In this document: positions 8,423 through 19,059 of the stretch, piece by piece | Numbering within the stretch: position 1 is the first letter of the stretch | Layout: each line of letters opens with the position of its first letter | The notes under the pieces: model-generated | What the model was told of the DNA's origin: nothing | The model's database searches: none | The model's input: only the letters and a program-made list of their open reading frames with translations | Source of the DNA: Escherichia phage PH1061 | DNA length: 39,968 bases | Direction: 5' to 3' (one strand) | Sequence record: OQ680138.1 | Translations under genes and position numbers: made by a program

Positions 8423-8887
8423 ATGGGAAGTAAAGTACAATTCATGCCACGCAAGTCAACTGACGCTATCTTCGTTCACTGTTCGGCTACCAAGCCAGAT
8501 ATGGACATCGGGGTAGAGACCATCCGTATGTGGCATAAACAGCAAGGCTGGCTGGACGTAGGCTACCACTTTATCATCAAGCGCGATGGCACTGTGGAAG
8601 AGGGTCGCCCGGTCAATGTCGTAGGGTCACACGTTAAGGACTGGAACTCCAAGTCCGTAGGCGTCTGCCTTGTAGGTGGAATTGACGCTAAGGGCAAGTT
8701 TGAAGCTAACTTCACTCCGGCCCAGATGAACTCCCTGCGCAACAAGCTGGAGGAGCTTATGAGTAAGTACCCTAATGCAGAGCTAATGGCCCATCATTCA
8801 GTAGCAGCCAAGGCCTGTCCGAGTTTCGACGTGAAGCGATGGTGGACCAAGAATGAACTGGTTACATCTGACCGCGAATCAGTTTAG
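8423..8887 (+). CDS. 3.5: Lysozyme / N-acetylmuramoyl-L-alanine amidase (T7 gp3.5 homolog)
   Basis: DAIFVHCSATKP, WLDVGYHFIIKRDGTVEEGR and CPSFD match T7 lysozyme; start set at ATG with RBS rather than the track's upstream start. Confidence 0.93.
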   Translation: MGSKVQFMPRKSTDAIFVHCSATKPDMDIGVETIRMWHKQQGWLDVGYHFIIKRDGTVEEGRPVNVVGSHVKDWNSKSVGVCLVGGIDAKGKFEANFTPAQMNSLRNKLEELMSKYPNAELMAHHSVAAKACPSFDVKRWWTKNELVTSDRESV

Positions 8888-9209
8888 TATCGACCCATCT
8901 AGTCCCTCAGGTCTATCCAGAAATGGTAAGCCTACTGGATGGGACGCTGGTAGATATTGGAGGACTAAGGTTAAAGGGAGGCCAGTAATGTGCCACGTCA
9001 TAATCATGATGCTCAAAACTGGAGGTCCTCTACCCGATGGAATGGAAGTTGACCATATTGACCGTGACGGCCATAACAACAGGATTGACAACCTCAGGAT
9101 TGTGACTAGGCAAGTCAACGTATGCAACACCAGCGTTAGGAAGGACTCAAAGTCTTTCAAAACATCTAATGGAGCCATCGAATGGCTAGGGGAGCAACTC
9201 AATGATTAA
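8853..9209 (+). CDS. HNH homing endonuclease (family A), about 118 aa
   Basis: Motif VDHIDRDGHNNRIDNLRIVTRQVN; overlaps the 3' end of the lysozyme gene; lower GC; paralog of 4953..5333. Confidence 0.75.
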   Translation: MNWLHLTANQFSIDPSSPSGLSRNGKPTGWDAGRYWRTKVKGRPVMCHVIIMMLKTGGPLPDGMEVDHIDRDGHNNRIDNLRIVTRQVNVCNTSVRKDSKSFKTSNGAIEWLGEQLND

Positions 9210-9417
9210 ACTTATCGAATTTCTTGGTCGCCTGGTGGTGCGTGGTTATCGTCGTGCTGCGGTACTGGAACGAAAGGTAGAAAAGAAGACTGCTGACGGT
9301 GCGGCTGAGGCTGCTGCTTTGGCTGACAAGCTGACCATCGCGTCACTGGAAGCTGGCATGAAGGCACGTCAAGCTGACACCAAAGCTGACCAGTTGGCTC
9401 AGTTCTTCAAAGACTAA
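9202..9417 (+). CDS. Hypothetical protein, 71 aa
   Basis: ORF with RBS; Ala/Lys-rich predicted helical protein. Confidence 0.55.
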   Translation: MIKLIEFLGRLVVRGYRRAAVLERKVEKKTADGAAEAAALADKLTIASLEAGMKARQADTKADQLAQFFKD

Positions 9418-9435
9418 ACTATCACCTTAGGGATG
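9413..9435 (+). promoter_or_regulatory. Phage RNAP promoter variant (phi4-like), CTAAACTATCACCTTAGGGA
   Basis: Two mismatches at -4/-3 relative to consensus; located upstream of primase-helicase. Confidence 0.5.
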
Positions 9436-9482
9436 GGACCACGAGTCCTGTCCCTCTGTTCGCATTTGTGATTAAGGAGTGA

Positions 9483-11186
<1,704 letters not shown>

Positions 11187-11228
11187 GCGTGATATAGCTG
11201 ATTATAAGAATTTTATGGAGGACCGTTA

Positions 11229-11393
11229 GTGTTAAATAAACTTAAAGCTCGCTACCATCGGTTCATGTACAAATGGTGGAGCGATGAAGCAACCTTCCTG
11301 TCCAACATTCTAGGAGACCAGAGGTTCGACTCTAAGGCGTGGAAGAGAGCTAACCGGAAGTTTATGTATCACTTCTTGCGTACAGACTTCTAG
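11229..11393 (+). CDS. Possible small protein, 54 aa, GTG start (gene 4.x position)
   Basis: RBS GGAGGA 8 nt upstream of GTG; below track cutoff. Confidence 0.3.
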   Translation: MLNKLKARYHRFMYKWWSDEATFLSNILGDQRFDSKAWKRANRKFMYHFLRTDF

Positions 11394-11403
11394 GTCTAGA
11401 CTC

Positions 11404-11428
11404 AAGGTCATTCACATCGAGTGGCCTT
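11404..11428 (+). promoter_or_regulatory. RNase III-type processing hairpin (R4.7-like): 10-bp stem AAGGUCAUUC / GAGUGGCCUU
   Basis: Paralog of 3405 and 34622 hairpins with conserved flanks TAGACTCAAGG and ATGATTA. Confidence 0.65.
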
Positions 11429-11456
11429 TATGATTAGACTAAACGGAGGATTAACC

Positions 11457-13643
11457 ATGTTTGACCTTAAGAGTATCTGGGGTTCTGACATCGAGACCAA
11501 CGGTCTCCTTGATACAGTCTCCCAGTTCCACTGTGGGGTCCTGATTAACGCCGAGTCGAATGAGACCCTTAAGTATGGGGTAGCTCCGATGGTCGGTATC
11601 GTCGGTGGCTTCAAAGAGTATGTTCATAAAGTGGAAGAGATTGCCGCATCACCTGATGGTATGCTGGTATTCCACAACGGTATCAACTACGACGTCCCGG
11701 CTATTGATAAGCTGAAGCGTCTGTACTTTGGGAAACGCTTTAACTTCCCGAAACACAAGATGATTGATACCTTGGTGCTGGGTCGCTTGATGTATCCCAA
11801 CATTAAGTTCTCAGACATGGGAGCGGTGAAATCGGGCCGTCTGCCACCTAATATGATGGGACGTCAGTCTCTTGAGGCTTGGGGTTATCGTCTCGGTGAG
11901 ATGAAAGGTGAGTACAAACACGATTACGTTGCCAAGTGCAAGGCTGAAGGTATCGAATATAAGGCTGGGGACGAGTGGTTGTTCCCGTCTCAGGAGATGC
12001 TGGACTATAACGTTCAAGACGTTGTGGTCACACTGGCGTTGTTCAAGAAGTTCCTGACTGACAAGTATTACTTCCAGTCTGAACAGTTCGCTTTCGACCA
12101 GATTTATGCGTTGCGTCTGGAACATGATGCTGCGTGGACCTGTGCGAAGATGGAACGTAACGGCTATCCGATGAACACCGAGATGGTCGAAGGCTTATAT
12201 CGTGAACTCACCGTCAAACGTGCAGAGTTGTTGGACAAGCTGCGTTCGACTTTCGGTAGCTGGTATGCACCAAAGGGAGGCAAGGAGTTCTTCAGGCATC
12301 CACGGACAGGTAAGGACCTTCCGAAGTATCCGCGAGTCGTGTATCCTAAGGTAGGGTCAGTATTCAAGAAGCCGAAGAACAAAGCTCAACGCTTAGGTCT
12401 GGAACCTTGCGAGTTCGACTCACGAGACACGATGGAGGGAGCACCGTTCACACCTATCACTTACGTTGAGTTTAATCCGGGAAGCGGAGACCACTTAGCG
12501 AAAGTCCTGATGGAGCGTGGCTGGGAGCCTGTGGACTTCACTGACACCGGGAAACCTGTAGTCGATGACGAGACGTTAGAACACGTTAAGTTGCCAGACG
12601 CAGAGGCTCAGGCTTGTGTAGAGCTGGTCCGTGAGTATCTGGTAGTCCAGAAGCGCATCGGTCAGGCTGCTGAAGGTAAGAACGCATGGTTGAAACTTGT
12701 AGGTCCAGACGGACGTATGCACGGTTCAATCAACCCATGCGGGGCAGTAACCGGACGTGCGACTCATAGTGCACCAAACATGGCTCAGGTCCCGGCTAAC
12801 GGTGCTCCGTATGGTGAGATTTGCCGTAGTGCTTTCGGTGCAGCGTGGAACAAGCTGACATTCCCGGACGGACGGCAGTTACCGGACCCTTGGATTCAAG
12901 TTGGTGTGGACGCTTCAGGTCTTGAGCTTCGTTGTCTGGGGAACCGAGCAGCTCCGTTTGATGGTGGTGCCTATGCGAAGACTGTGGTCGAAGGTGACAT
13001 CCACTGGGCCAACGCAGTAAACGCTGGTTTAGCACCTAACGTCCCACGCGATAAGTCGAACCACGACCATGATGCTTTCCGTAACAACGCTAAGACGTTC
13101 ATCTATGCGTTCCTGTATGGTGCAGGGGCCGCTAAGATTGGACTTATAGTAGGCGGTGGGAAGAAGGAAGGTTCAGCTCTCATGAAGAAATTCATTGAGG
13201 GTACACCAGCCATCAAGGACCTCAGGGAAGCTGTGAGTAATACGTTAATCTCAGACTCTAAGTGGGTGGACGGAGAGAACATCGTCAAGTGGAGACGCCG
13301 TTGGTTGCGCGGACTTGACGGTCGCCGTATCCACATCCGGTCGCCACACTCAGCACTGAACGCCTTACTTCAAGGTGATGGTGCGGTAGTCTGTAAGCAC
13401 TGGATTGTCGAGACCGAGCGTATGCTCGAAGAGGCCGGGTATGTCCACGGCTGGGAAGGAGACTTCGCGTACATGGCTTGGGTTCACGATGAGCTACAGA
13501 TTGCTTGTCGTACTCAGGAGATTGCCGAAGAAGTCGTCAAGATTGCTCAACTTGCTATGCGTAAGGTGGGTGAGTTCTATAACTTTAAATGCGTCCTTGA
13601 TACCGAAGGTAAGATTGGACCAACGTGGAAGGAGTGTCACTAA
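11457..13643 (+). CDS. 5: DNA polymerase (family A) with 3'-5' exonuclease and thioredoxin-binding insert, 728 aa
   Basis: DIETNGL exo motif; KKPKNKAQRLGLEPCEFDSRD matches the T7 thioredoxin-binding segment; C-terminal ...KIGPTWKECH; start at ATG 11457 with RBS (track ORF starts upstream at GTG). Confidence 0.96.
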   Translation: MFDLKSIWGSDIETNGLLDTVSQFHCGVLINAESNETLKYGVAPMVGIVGGFKEYVHKVEEIAASPDGMLVFHNGINYDVPAIDKLKRLYFGKRFNFPKHKMIDTLVLGRLMYPNIKFSDMGAVKSGRLPPNMMGRQSLEAWGYRLGEMKGEYKHDYVAKCKAEGIEYKAGDEWLFPSQEMLDYNVQDVVVTLALFKKFLTDKYYFQSEQFAFDQIYALRLEHDAAWTCAKMERNGYPMNTEMVEGLYRELTVKRAELLDKLRSTFGSWYAPKGGKEFFRHPRTGKDLPKYPRVVYPKVGSVFKKPKNKAQRLGLEPCEFDSRDTMEGAPFTPITYVEFNPGSGDHLAKVLMERGWEPVDFTDTGKPVVDDETLEHVKLPDAEAQACVELVREYLVVQKRIGQAAEGKNAWLKLVGPDGRMHGSINPCGAVTGRATHSAPNMAQVPANGAPYGEICRSAFGAAWNKLTFPDGRQLPDPWIQVGVDASGLELRCLGNRAAPFDGGAYAKTVVEGDIHWANAVNAGLAPNVPRDKSNHDHDAFRNNAKTFIYAFLYGAGAAKIGLIVGGGKKEGSALMKKFIEGTPAIKDLREAVSNTLISDSKWVDGENIVKWRRRWLRGLDGRRIHIRSPHSALNALLQGDGAVVCKHWIVETERMLEEAGYVHGWEGDFAYMAWVHDELQIACRTQEIAEEVVKIAQLAMRKVGEFYNFKCVLDTEGKIGPTWKECH

Positions 13644-13933
13644 TGGCTATGACCAAACGTATGCGAGTTTCGTTCTCGCTGGGTACTGTATTATCAACTG
13701 AAGACATCGAGGGACTCAAGGAGACTCTCTGCAAGCTGAGTCGTAAGGTTCTGAACGGAGAGAAGCCCACTGGCTTCGAGCGTAAGATGGTAGAGGTAGG
13801 TGCTACAGAGGGTCTGGAAGCTGTGGTAGAGCTTGTCTTAAAGAAAGGCATTGTTGACGGGCTGAAAGAAGATATTAAGTACTACTCCGATAAGACCAGC
13901 TTCGGAGACTTCCGAGTGGAGTTCAAGCAATGA
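13643..13933 (+). CDS. 5.5: Gene 5.5-like protein (T7 gp5.5 binds host H-NS)
   Basis: N-terminus MAMTKRMRVSF matches T7 gp5.5 MAMTKRFKVSF; TAATG overlap with the polymerase stop. Confidence 0.75.
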   Translation: MAMTKRMRVSFSLGTVLSTEDIEGLKETLCKLSRKVLNGEKPTGFERKMVEVGATEGLEAVVELVLKKGIVDGLKEDIKYYSDKTSFGDFRVEFKQ

Positions 13934-14139
13934 GTGAATACTTACGGGTCCTAGCGGCCCTTAAGTCCTGCCCGAAGACCTTCCAGTCCAACTATGTGCG
14001 CAACAACGCTGCACTTGTGGCTGAGGCTGCGAGTCGTGGACATCTCAGCTGCCTGTCTATGGATGGGCGTAACAACGGTGCGTGGGAGATTACCGCTGCT
14101 GGCACCAAGTTCCTGAACCAACACGGAGGCTGTCTGTGA
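13930..14139 (+). CDS. 5.7: Gene 5.7-like protein, 69 aa
   Basis: Same length and position as T7 gp5.7; sequence match is by recollection only. Confidence 0.6.
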   Translation: MSEYLRVLAALKSCPKTFQSNYVRNNAALVAEAASRGHLSCLSMDGRNNGAWEITAAGTKFLNQHGGCL

Positions 14140-15002
14140 GTGAAAAGAAAATAGCTCTTGTGTTAGATGGTGACTATCTAGTCTTCTCTTCTATGGCTGC
14201 TGCCGAGGACGAGACAGACTGGGGTGATGACATCTGGACCCTTATCTGCGACCATGAGAAGGCTCGTCGTATCCTTGAGAACACCATCGCTGAAATCGTT
14301 AAGAAGCGCAAGGCGTGGAAAGACGCTAAGATTGTGATGTGCTTTACTGACGATAACAACTGGCGTAAGGACGTTCTGCCTACCTATAAGGCCAACCGTA
14401 AAGGTTCTCGCAAGCCTGTAGGTTACAAGAAGTTCGTAGCCGAAGTGATGGCTGACCCACGGTTCAACAGCTTCCTGCGTCCTACGCTTGAGGGTGATGA
14501 CTGTATGGGTATCATCGGGACCAGACCTCAGATTGTCGGATGCGACCATGCGGTGCTGGTGTCCTGTGATAAGGACTTCAAGACCATCCCGAACTGTGAG
14601 TTCTTCTGGTTAACCACTGGTGAAATCCTGAGTCATACGACTGCCGAGGCAGACTACTGGCACATGGAGCAGACCATCAGGGGTGACACTACAGATGGCT
14701 ACGGCGGTATTCCGGGGATGGGTGAGGACACCACTCGTGCGTTCCTTGACGAGCCGTACTACTTCGTGCAGGAGAGCCGTGAGCTTAAGACTGGCAAGAA
14801 CAAAGGCCAGATTAAGACTGAGTGGAAGAAGTATCCGAAGCGTGAAGACATGACGCTGTGGGACTGCATGGTGACTCTGGCTGCTAAAGCTGGGATGACC
14901 GAGGAGGAACTTCTGGTCCAAGCTCAGGTCGCTCGTATTTGTCGAGCCTCCGACTACGACCCTAAGTCCAAGGAGGTCATCCTGTGGACACCATCCATGT
15001 AA
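14136..15002 (+). CDS. 6: 5'-3' exonuclease (T7 gp6 homolog), GTG start
   Basis: Blocks YKANRKGSRKPVGY, CDKDFKTIPNCEFFW and LWDCMVTLAAKAGMTEEEL match T7 gp6; RBS ACGGAGG before GTG overlapping the 5.7 stop. Confidence 0.9.
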   Translation: MSEKKIALVLDGDYLVFSSMAAAEDETDWGDDIWTLICDHEKARRILENTIAEIVKKRKAWKDAKIVMCFTDDNNWRKDVLPTYKANRKGSRKPVGYKKFVAEVMADPRFNSFLRPTLEGDDCMGIIGTRPQIVGCDHAVLVSCDKDFKTIPNCEFFWLTTGEILSHTTAEADYWHMEQTIRGDTTDGYGGIPGMGEDTTRAFLDEPYYFVQESRELKTGKNKGQIKTEWKKYPKREDMTLWDCMVTLAAKAGMTEEELLVQAQVARICRASDYDPKSKEVILWTPSM

Positions 15003-15008
15003 TCTACT

Positions 15009-15029
15009 GGGCCGGACTTCTGGCCCTTT
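15009..15029 (+). terminator. Candidate hairpin after the exonuclease gene (GGGCCG/UGGCCC stem, weak U tail)
   Basis: Read from sequence; short stem and weak T-tract. Confidence 0.25.
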
Positions 15030-15128
15030 ACTGCATGTACAAGTGGTTCGGGTCGAACAACCGCCCTAAACACTGAGTCTAGCCGATAGTCATATCCTAT
15101 CAATCCAACAGTCATCCATAGGTGAAAC

Positions 15129-15151
15129 ACTAAACTATCACTATAGGGACT
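15129..15151 (+). promoter_or_regulatory. Phage RNAP promoter (phi6.5-like), CTAAACTATCACTATAGGGA
   Basis: Consensus match. Confidence 0.85.
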
Positions 15152-15212
15152 TTAGGACCTAAGATATGACTATAAGATAGACTTTAGTCTTAACTTAAAG
15201 AGGAGATTCAAG

Positions 15213-15485
15213 ATGGCGATTAATGCTATTGAAAACGTTGTTAAGCAGTTACAGGAAGAAAGACTTGATGTCCCGAACATCTCCCAGTCTGCTATCCAGT
15301 TCCTGCACGTATTGTTTAACGCAAGCTACGCTGAGAAGACGGGAGCTATCAGTCTCCTCAAGCAGCAGGGCTACAGCGATGCGTTCATTGCCGGGTTCAT
15401 CAAGGGTCTCCAGTATTGCTCTGACACTCTCGACTCTGCGATTGCTATGCGTCGTGAGCTGAAAGATACCGTTCAGTTTGATTAA
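15213..15485 (+). CDS. Hypothetical protein, 90 aa (gene 6.5 position)
   Basis: ORF with RBS AAAGAGGAG; positional analogy. Confidence 0.65.
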   Translation: MAINAIENVVKQLQEERLDVPNISQSAIQFLHVLFNASYAEKTGAISLLKQQGYSDAFIAGFIKGLQYCSDTLDSAIAMRRELKDTVQFD

Positions 15486-15499
15486 CTGTAGGAGGGACT

Positions 15500-15724
15500 A
15501 TGTGTTTCAGTCCAAAGATTAGCACTCCGAAGCCTTCTGTCCAAGCACCTGAACCAGCACCTCTTAGTGAGGAAGTTGCGTCAGTTGACATCGGGGCTGA
15601 ATCGGATGTGGACACCAACGAGACCAAAGGTATCAAAGACCTGAAGGTCAAGAAGGAGTCTGCACCTAAAGATAAATCATCAGTAAGTCGCGCTATGCGT
15701 AACTCTGGCGTCAACATGGGGTAA
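15500..15724 (+). CDS. 6.7: Gene 6.7-like virion protein, 74 aa
   Basis: N-terminus MCFSPKISTPK matches T7 gp6.7 MCFSPKIKTPK. Confidence 0.8.
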   Translation: MCFSPKISTPKPSVQAPEPAPLSEEVASVDIGAESDVDTNETKGIKDLKVKKESAPKDKSSVSRAMRNSGVNMG

Positions 15725-15728
15725 GACA

Positions 15729-16133
15729 ATGCTACCATATCTCAACTCACGCGAAGGTCGCCACATGTGCGCTTGTCGCCTCTGGGAAGACGGGCAGTCT
15801 AACTTCAAGTCATTCGAGGACTTCAAGGCTCATACTTACCGTATGGCTGACGGGTTCGGTGGTGAAGAGTACACAATCTACGATGTCTCAGGTCAACCAG
15901 TAGCGTATCTCTACATGCTGGCTACCGCATCTTGGCACCGACCGACTCCCGGTCTTGACCTTTCAATCGTCGCTATTCGTCGTGACTCGCAGTCCTCCCG
16001 CAAGGTTCTTGAGACTGTCAGACACATCATCGACGAAGAGTGCAAGCGTTGGGGTCTTGGCTGGTATTCTCGTGTCAAGCATGTTTCCGGGTCGGTAGAC
16101 ATCGTAACAACTAAGGAGATTAATCGTGGGTAA
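15729..16133 (+). CDS. 7: Gene 7-like virion/host-range protein, 134 aa
   Basis: Size and position match T7 gp7 (133 aa). Confidence 0.65.
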   Translation: MLPYLNSREGRHMCACRLWEDGQSNFKSFEDFKAHTYRMADGFGGEEYTIYDVSGQPVAYLYMLATASWHRPTPGLDLSIVAIRRDSQSSRKVLETVRHIIDEECKRWGLGWYSRVKHVSGSVDIVTTKEINRG

Positions 16134-16377
16134 ATCAATCAGTAAGGCATTCAAGAAAGTGGTGAAAGGTACGTTAGGGGCAGTGGGTCTAGGCGCTGAC
16201 GATGCACCTAAGGTTGTTGAGGCTCCGACCCCAGCAGCAGTACCAGTGGAAGTACCGAACGACAAAGTGGAGGATGTGGATACTGAAGCAACCGCATCTG
16301 ACGAGAAGAAAGTGAAGCGTTCCGGTAAGCGTAGCCTTCAGGTCTCTCGTACCTCTGGTGGCGGTATTTCTTTATAA
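16126..16377 (+). CDS. 7.3: Gene 7.3-like tail-associated protein, 83 aa, GTG start
   Basis: N-terminus MGKSISKAFKK and C-terminus KRSLQVSRTSGGGISL resemble T7 gp7.3; RBS AAGGAG. Confidence 0.75.
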   Translation: MGKSISKAFKKVVKGTLGAVGLGADDAPKVVEAPTPAAVPVEVPNDKVEDVDTEATASDEKKVKRSGKRSLQVSRTSGGGISL

Positions 16378-16389
16378 GGAGGAACGTAG

Positions 16390-17958
16390 ATGGCTGAACG
16401 TGAAGGATTTGCTGCTGAAGGCGCGAAGGCAGTTTATGATAGATTGAAGAACGGACGACAGCCTTACGAGACCCGCGCACAGAACTGTGCTGCCGTGACT
16501 ATCCCATCGCTATTTCCTAAGGAGTCCGACAACTCGTCTACTGAGTACACAACTCCGTGGCAAGCTGTAGGTGCTCGCTGTTTGAATAACTTGGCTGCAA
16601 AGCTTATGCTGGCATTATTCCCTCAGTCACCGTGGATGCGACTAACAGTCTCAGAATACGAGGCCAAGACCTTGAGTCAGGACTCAGAGGCTGCTGCTCG
16701 TGTCGACGAAGGGCTGGCTATGGTCGAGCGTGTGTTGATGGCCTACATGGAGACAAACAGTTTCCGTGTGCCGTTGTTCGAAGCTCTGAAGCAGCTTATC
16801 GTCTCCGGTAACTGTTTGCTCTACATTCCAGAGCCTGAACAGGGAACCTACAGTCCTATGCGAATGTACCGCTTAGTGTCCTACGTTGTTCAACGTGATG
16901 CTTTCGGTAATATCTTGCAGATTGTGACTCTCGACAAGGTAGCGTTCAGTGCTCTACCGGAAGACGTGAAGTCTCAACTAAACGCAGACGACTATGAGCC
17001 TGACACCGAGCTTGAAGTGTATACGCACATCTATCGTCAGGACGACGAGTATCTACGCTATGAGGAAGTGGAAGGCATTGAGGTAGCAGGGACCGAGGGT
17101 TCCTACCCACTGACTGCATGTCCGTACATCCCGGTACGAATGGTTCGACTGGATGGTGAAGACTATGGTCGTTCTTACTGCGAGGAGTATCTGGGAGACC
17201 TGAACTCGCTGGAGACGATTACAGAAGCTATCACCAAAATGGCTAAGGTAGCCTCCAAGGTGGTGGGCCTCGTTAACCCGAACGGTATCACGCAACCTCG
17301 TCGTCTGAACAAGGCGGCTACAGGTGAGTTCGTGGCTGGTCGCGTCGAGGACATCAACTTCCTGCAACTGACGAAAGGTCAGGACTTTACGATTGCCAAG
17401 TCGGTGGCTGATGCTATCGAGCAACGTTTAGGCTGGGCCTTCCTTCTTAATAGTGCTGTTCAGCGTAATGCCGAGCGAGTCACTGCTGAAGAGATTCGTT
17501 ATGTTGCTGGCGAACTGGAGGCGACCTTAGGTGGCGTGTACTCAGTACAGTCACAAGAGCTTCAGCTGCCTATCGTCCGTGTGCTGATGAACCAACTTCA
17601 GTCTGCTGGCATGATTCCTGACCTTCCGAAAGAAGCGGTAGAGCCTACGGTCTCCACTGGTCTTGAAGCGTTAGGTCGTGGTCAGGACTTGGAGAAGCTG
17701 ACTCAGGCAGTCAACATGATGACCGGGCTGCAGCCTCTGCAACAGGACCCAGACATTAACTTGCCGACCCTGAAGCTGCGACTGCTGAATGCCTTAGGCA
17801 TTGACACCGCTGGCCTACTCCTGACGCAAGACGAGAAGATGCAACGTATTGCTGAACAATCCGCTCAAGGAGCTGTGATCAACGGTGCGTCTGCTGCTGG
17901 TGCTAACATGGGTGCTGCTGTAGGTCAGGGAGCTGGTGAGGACATGGCTCAAGCCTAA
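16390..17958 (+). CDS. 8: Head-tail connector (portal) protein, 522 aa
   Basis: Size and position of T7 gp8; strong RBS TAAGGAGG; precedes scaffold and capsid. Confidence 0.9.
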   Translation: MAEREGFAAEGAKAVYDRLKNGRQPYETRAQNCAAVTIPSLFPKESDNSSTEYTTPWQAVGARCLNNLAAKLMLALFPQSPWMRLTVSEYEAKTLSQDSEAAARVDEGLAMVERVLMAYMETNSFRVPLFEALKQLIVSGNCLLYIPEPEQGTYSPMRMYRLVSYVVQRDAFGNILQIVTLDKVAFSALPEDVKSQLNADDYEPDTELEVYTHIYRQDDEYLRYEEVEGIEVAGTEGSYPLTACPYIPVRMVRLDGEDYGRSYCEEYLGDLNSLETITEAITKMAKVASKVVGLVNPNGITQPRRLNKAATGEFVAGRVEDINFLQLTKGQDFTIAKSVADAIEQRLGWAFLLNSAVQRNAERVTAEEIRYVAGELEATLGGVYSVQSQELQLPIVRVLMNQLQSAGMIPDLPKEAVEPTVSTGLEALGRGQDLEKLTQAVNMMTGLQPLQQDPDINLPTLKLRLLNALGIDTAGLLLTQDEKMQRIAEQSAQGAVINGASAAGANMGAAVGQGAGEDMAQA

Positions 17959-17976
17959 ACTATCACTATAGGAACT
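17954..17976 (+). promoter_or_regulatory. Phage RNAP promoter (phi9-like), CTAAACTATCACTATAGGAA
   Basis: Consensus match; overlaps the portal stop codon. Confidence 0.85.
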
Positions 17977-18055
17977 TAGACAAGATTCACAAAGCATTAG
18001 GCCGGGTGAGACTCCCGGTCGGTTCCTACCATTTCAATCAAAGGAGAATGACTCA

Positions 18056-18940
18056 ATGTCTCAATCAGTTTATGCCGAGTTCGGCGTTAGCTCTAATGCA
18101 ATCACTGGTTCCGTTGAGGACCTGAACGAACACCAGAAGTCTATGCTTGAACAGGACGTAGCTGTTCGTGATGGCGATGACGCTATTACCTTCAAGCAAC
18201 TGGAAGCCGAAAACGAAGAGGCGACCGAAGAAGACGAGAACGTCGAAGAGACTGAAGGTGAAGAAGACCACGAGTCAGATGACGAAGAGTCTGAGACCGA
18301 TGGTGAGCAGCCTGAGTTCATCGAACTGGGTGATGCACCAAAAGAGCTGACCGAAAGTGTCACCGCTCTGGATGAAAACGAAGCTGCATTCGACGACATG
18401 GTGTCTTCTGCTGTAGAAGCTGGCAAGGTAACTGCTGATGAAATTACCGCTATCAAGGCTGAATACGCCAAGGACGGTAAGCTGTCTGACGCATCCTACG
18501 CTAAGTTGCAGGAAGCAGGTTACACCAAGCGTTTCGTAGATTCGTTTGTCCGTGGTCAGGAAGCTCTAGCTGAACAGTATGCTGCTGGTGTGGTTCGCTA
18601 CGCTGGTGGTGCTGAACAGTTTAATCGCATCCTGTCACACCTTGAGTCAACCGACCCATCAACTCGTGAAGCACTGGAAGCTGCTATCGTTCGTAAGGAC
18701 ATTGCGACTACCAAAGCTCTTCTGAATCTGGCTGGCAAGACTCTGGGCAAAGCTGTAGGCGTTAAACCTCAGCGTACCATCACCAATCAGGCTAAACCTG
18801 TGGTCGCACCAAAGGCTCCTCAGACCGAAGCATTCAGCTCAAAGGCTGACATGATTAAGGCTATGAGTGACCCACGATACCTGCGTGACGCTAAGTACAC
18901 TATGGAAGTTCGCGCTAAGGTAGCTGCCTCAAGCCTGTAG
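18056..18940 (+). CDS. 9: Capsid assembly (scaffolding) protein, 294 aa, highly acidic
   Basis: Acidic low-complexity composition and position before the capsid gene. Confidence 0.88.
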   Translation: MSQSVYAEFGVSSNAITGSVEDLNEHQKSMLEQDVAVRDGDDAITFKQLEAENEEATEEDENVEETEGEEDHESDDEESETDGEQPEFIELGDAPKELTESVTALDENEAAFDDMVSSAVEAGKVTADEITAIKAEYAKDGKLSDASYAKLQEAGYTKRFVDSFVRGQEALAEQYAAGVVRYAGGAEQFNRILSHLESTDPSTREALEAAIVRKDIATTKALLNLAGKTLGKAVGVKPQRTITNQAKPVVAPKAPQTEAFSSKADMIKAMSDPRYLRDAKYTMEVRAKVAASSL

Positions 18941-18941
18941 G

Positions 18942-18964
18942 ACTAAACTATCACTATAGGGAGA
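18942..18964 (+). promoter_or_regulatory. Phage RNAP promoter (phi10-like, strongest consensus), CTAAACTATCACTATAGGGAGA, followed by a 5' leader stem-loop
   Basis: Full consensus including GGGAGA start; leader GGGAGACC...GGUUUCCC stem-loop resembles the T7 phi10 leader. Confidence 0.9.
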
Positions 18965-19059
18965 CCAAGATCGAGGTTTCCCTATTACTTCAGTCCATAC
19001 GGATTGGGCGTACAGTAAGTAATAAACTTTATCTTTCAATTGAATAGGAGAATTATCAT

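Noticed and set aside
18070-18471. 133-aa Ser-rich minus-strand ORF within the scaffolding gene
   Set aside because: Antisense image of the acidic low-complexity scaffold coding sequence; composition artefact.
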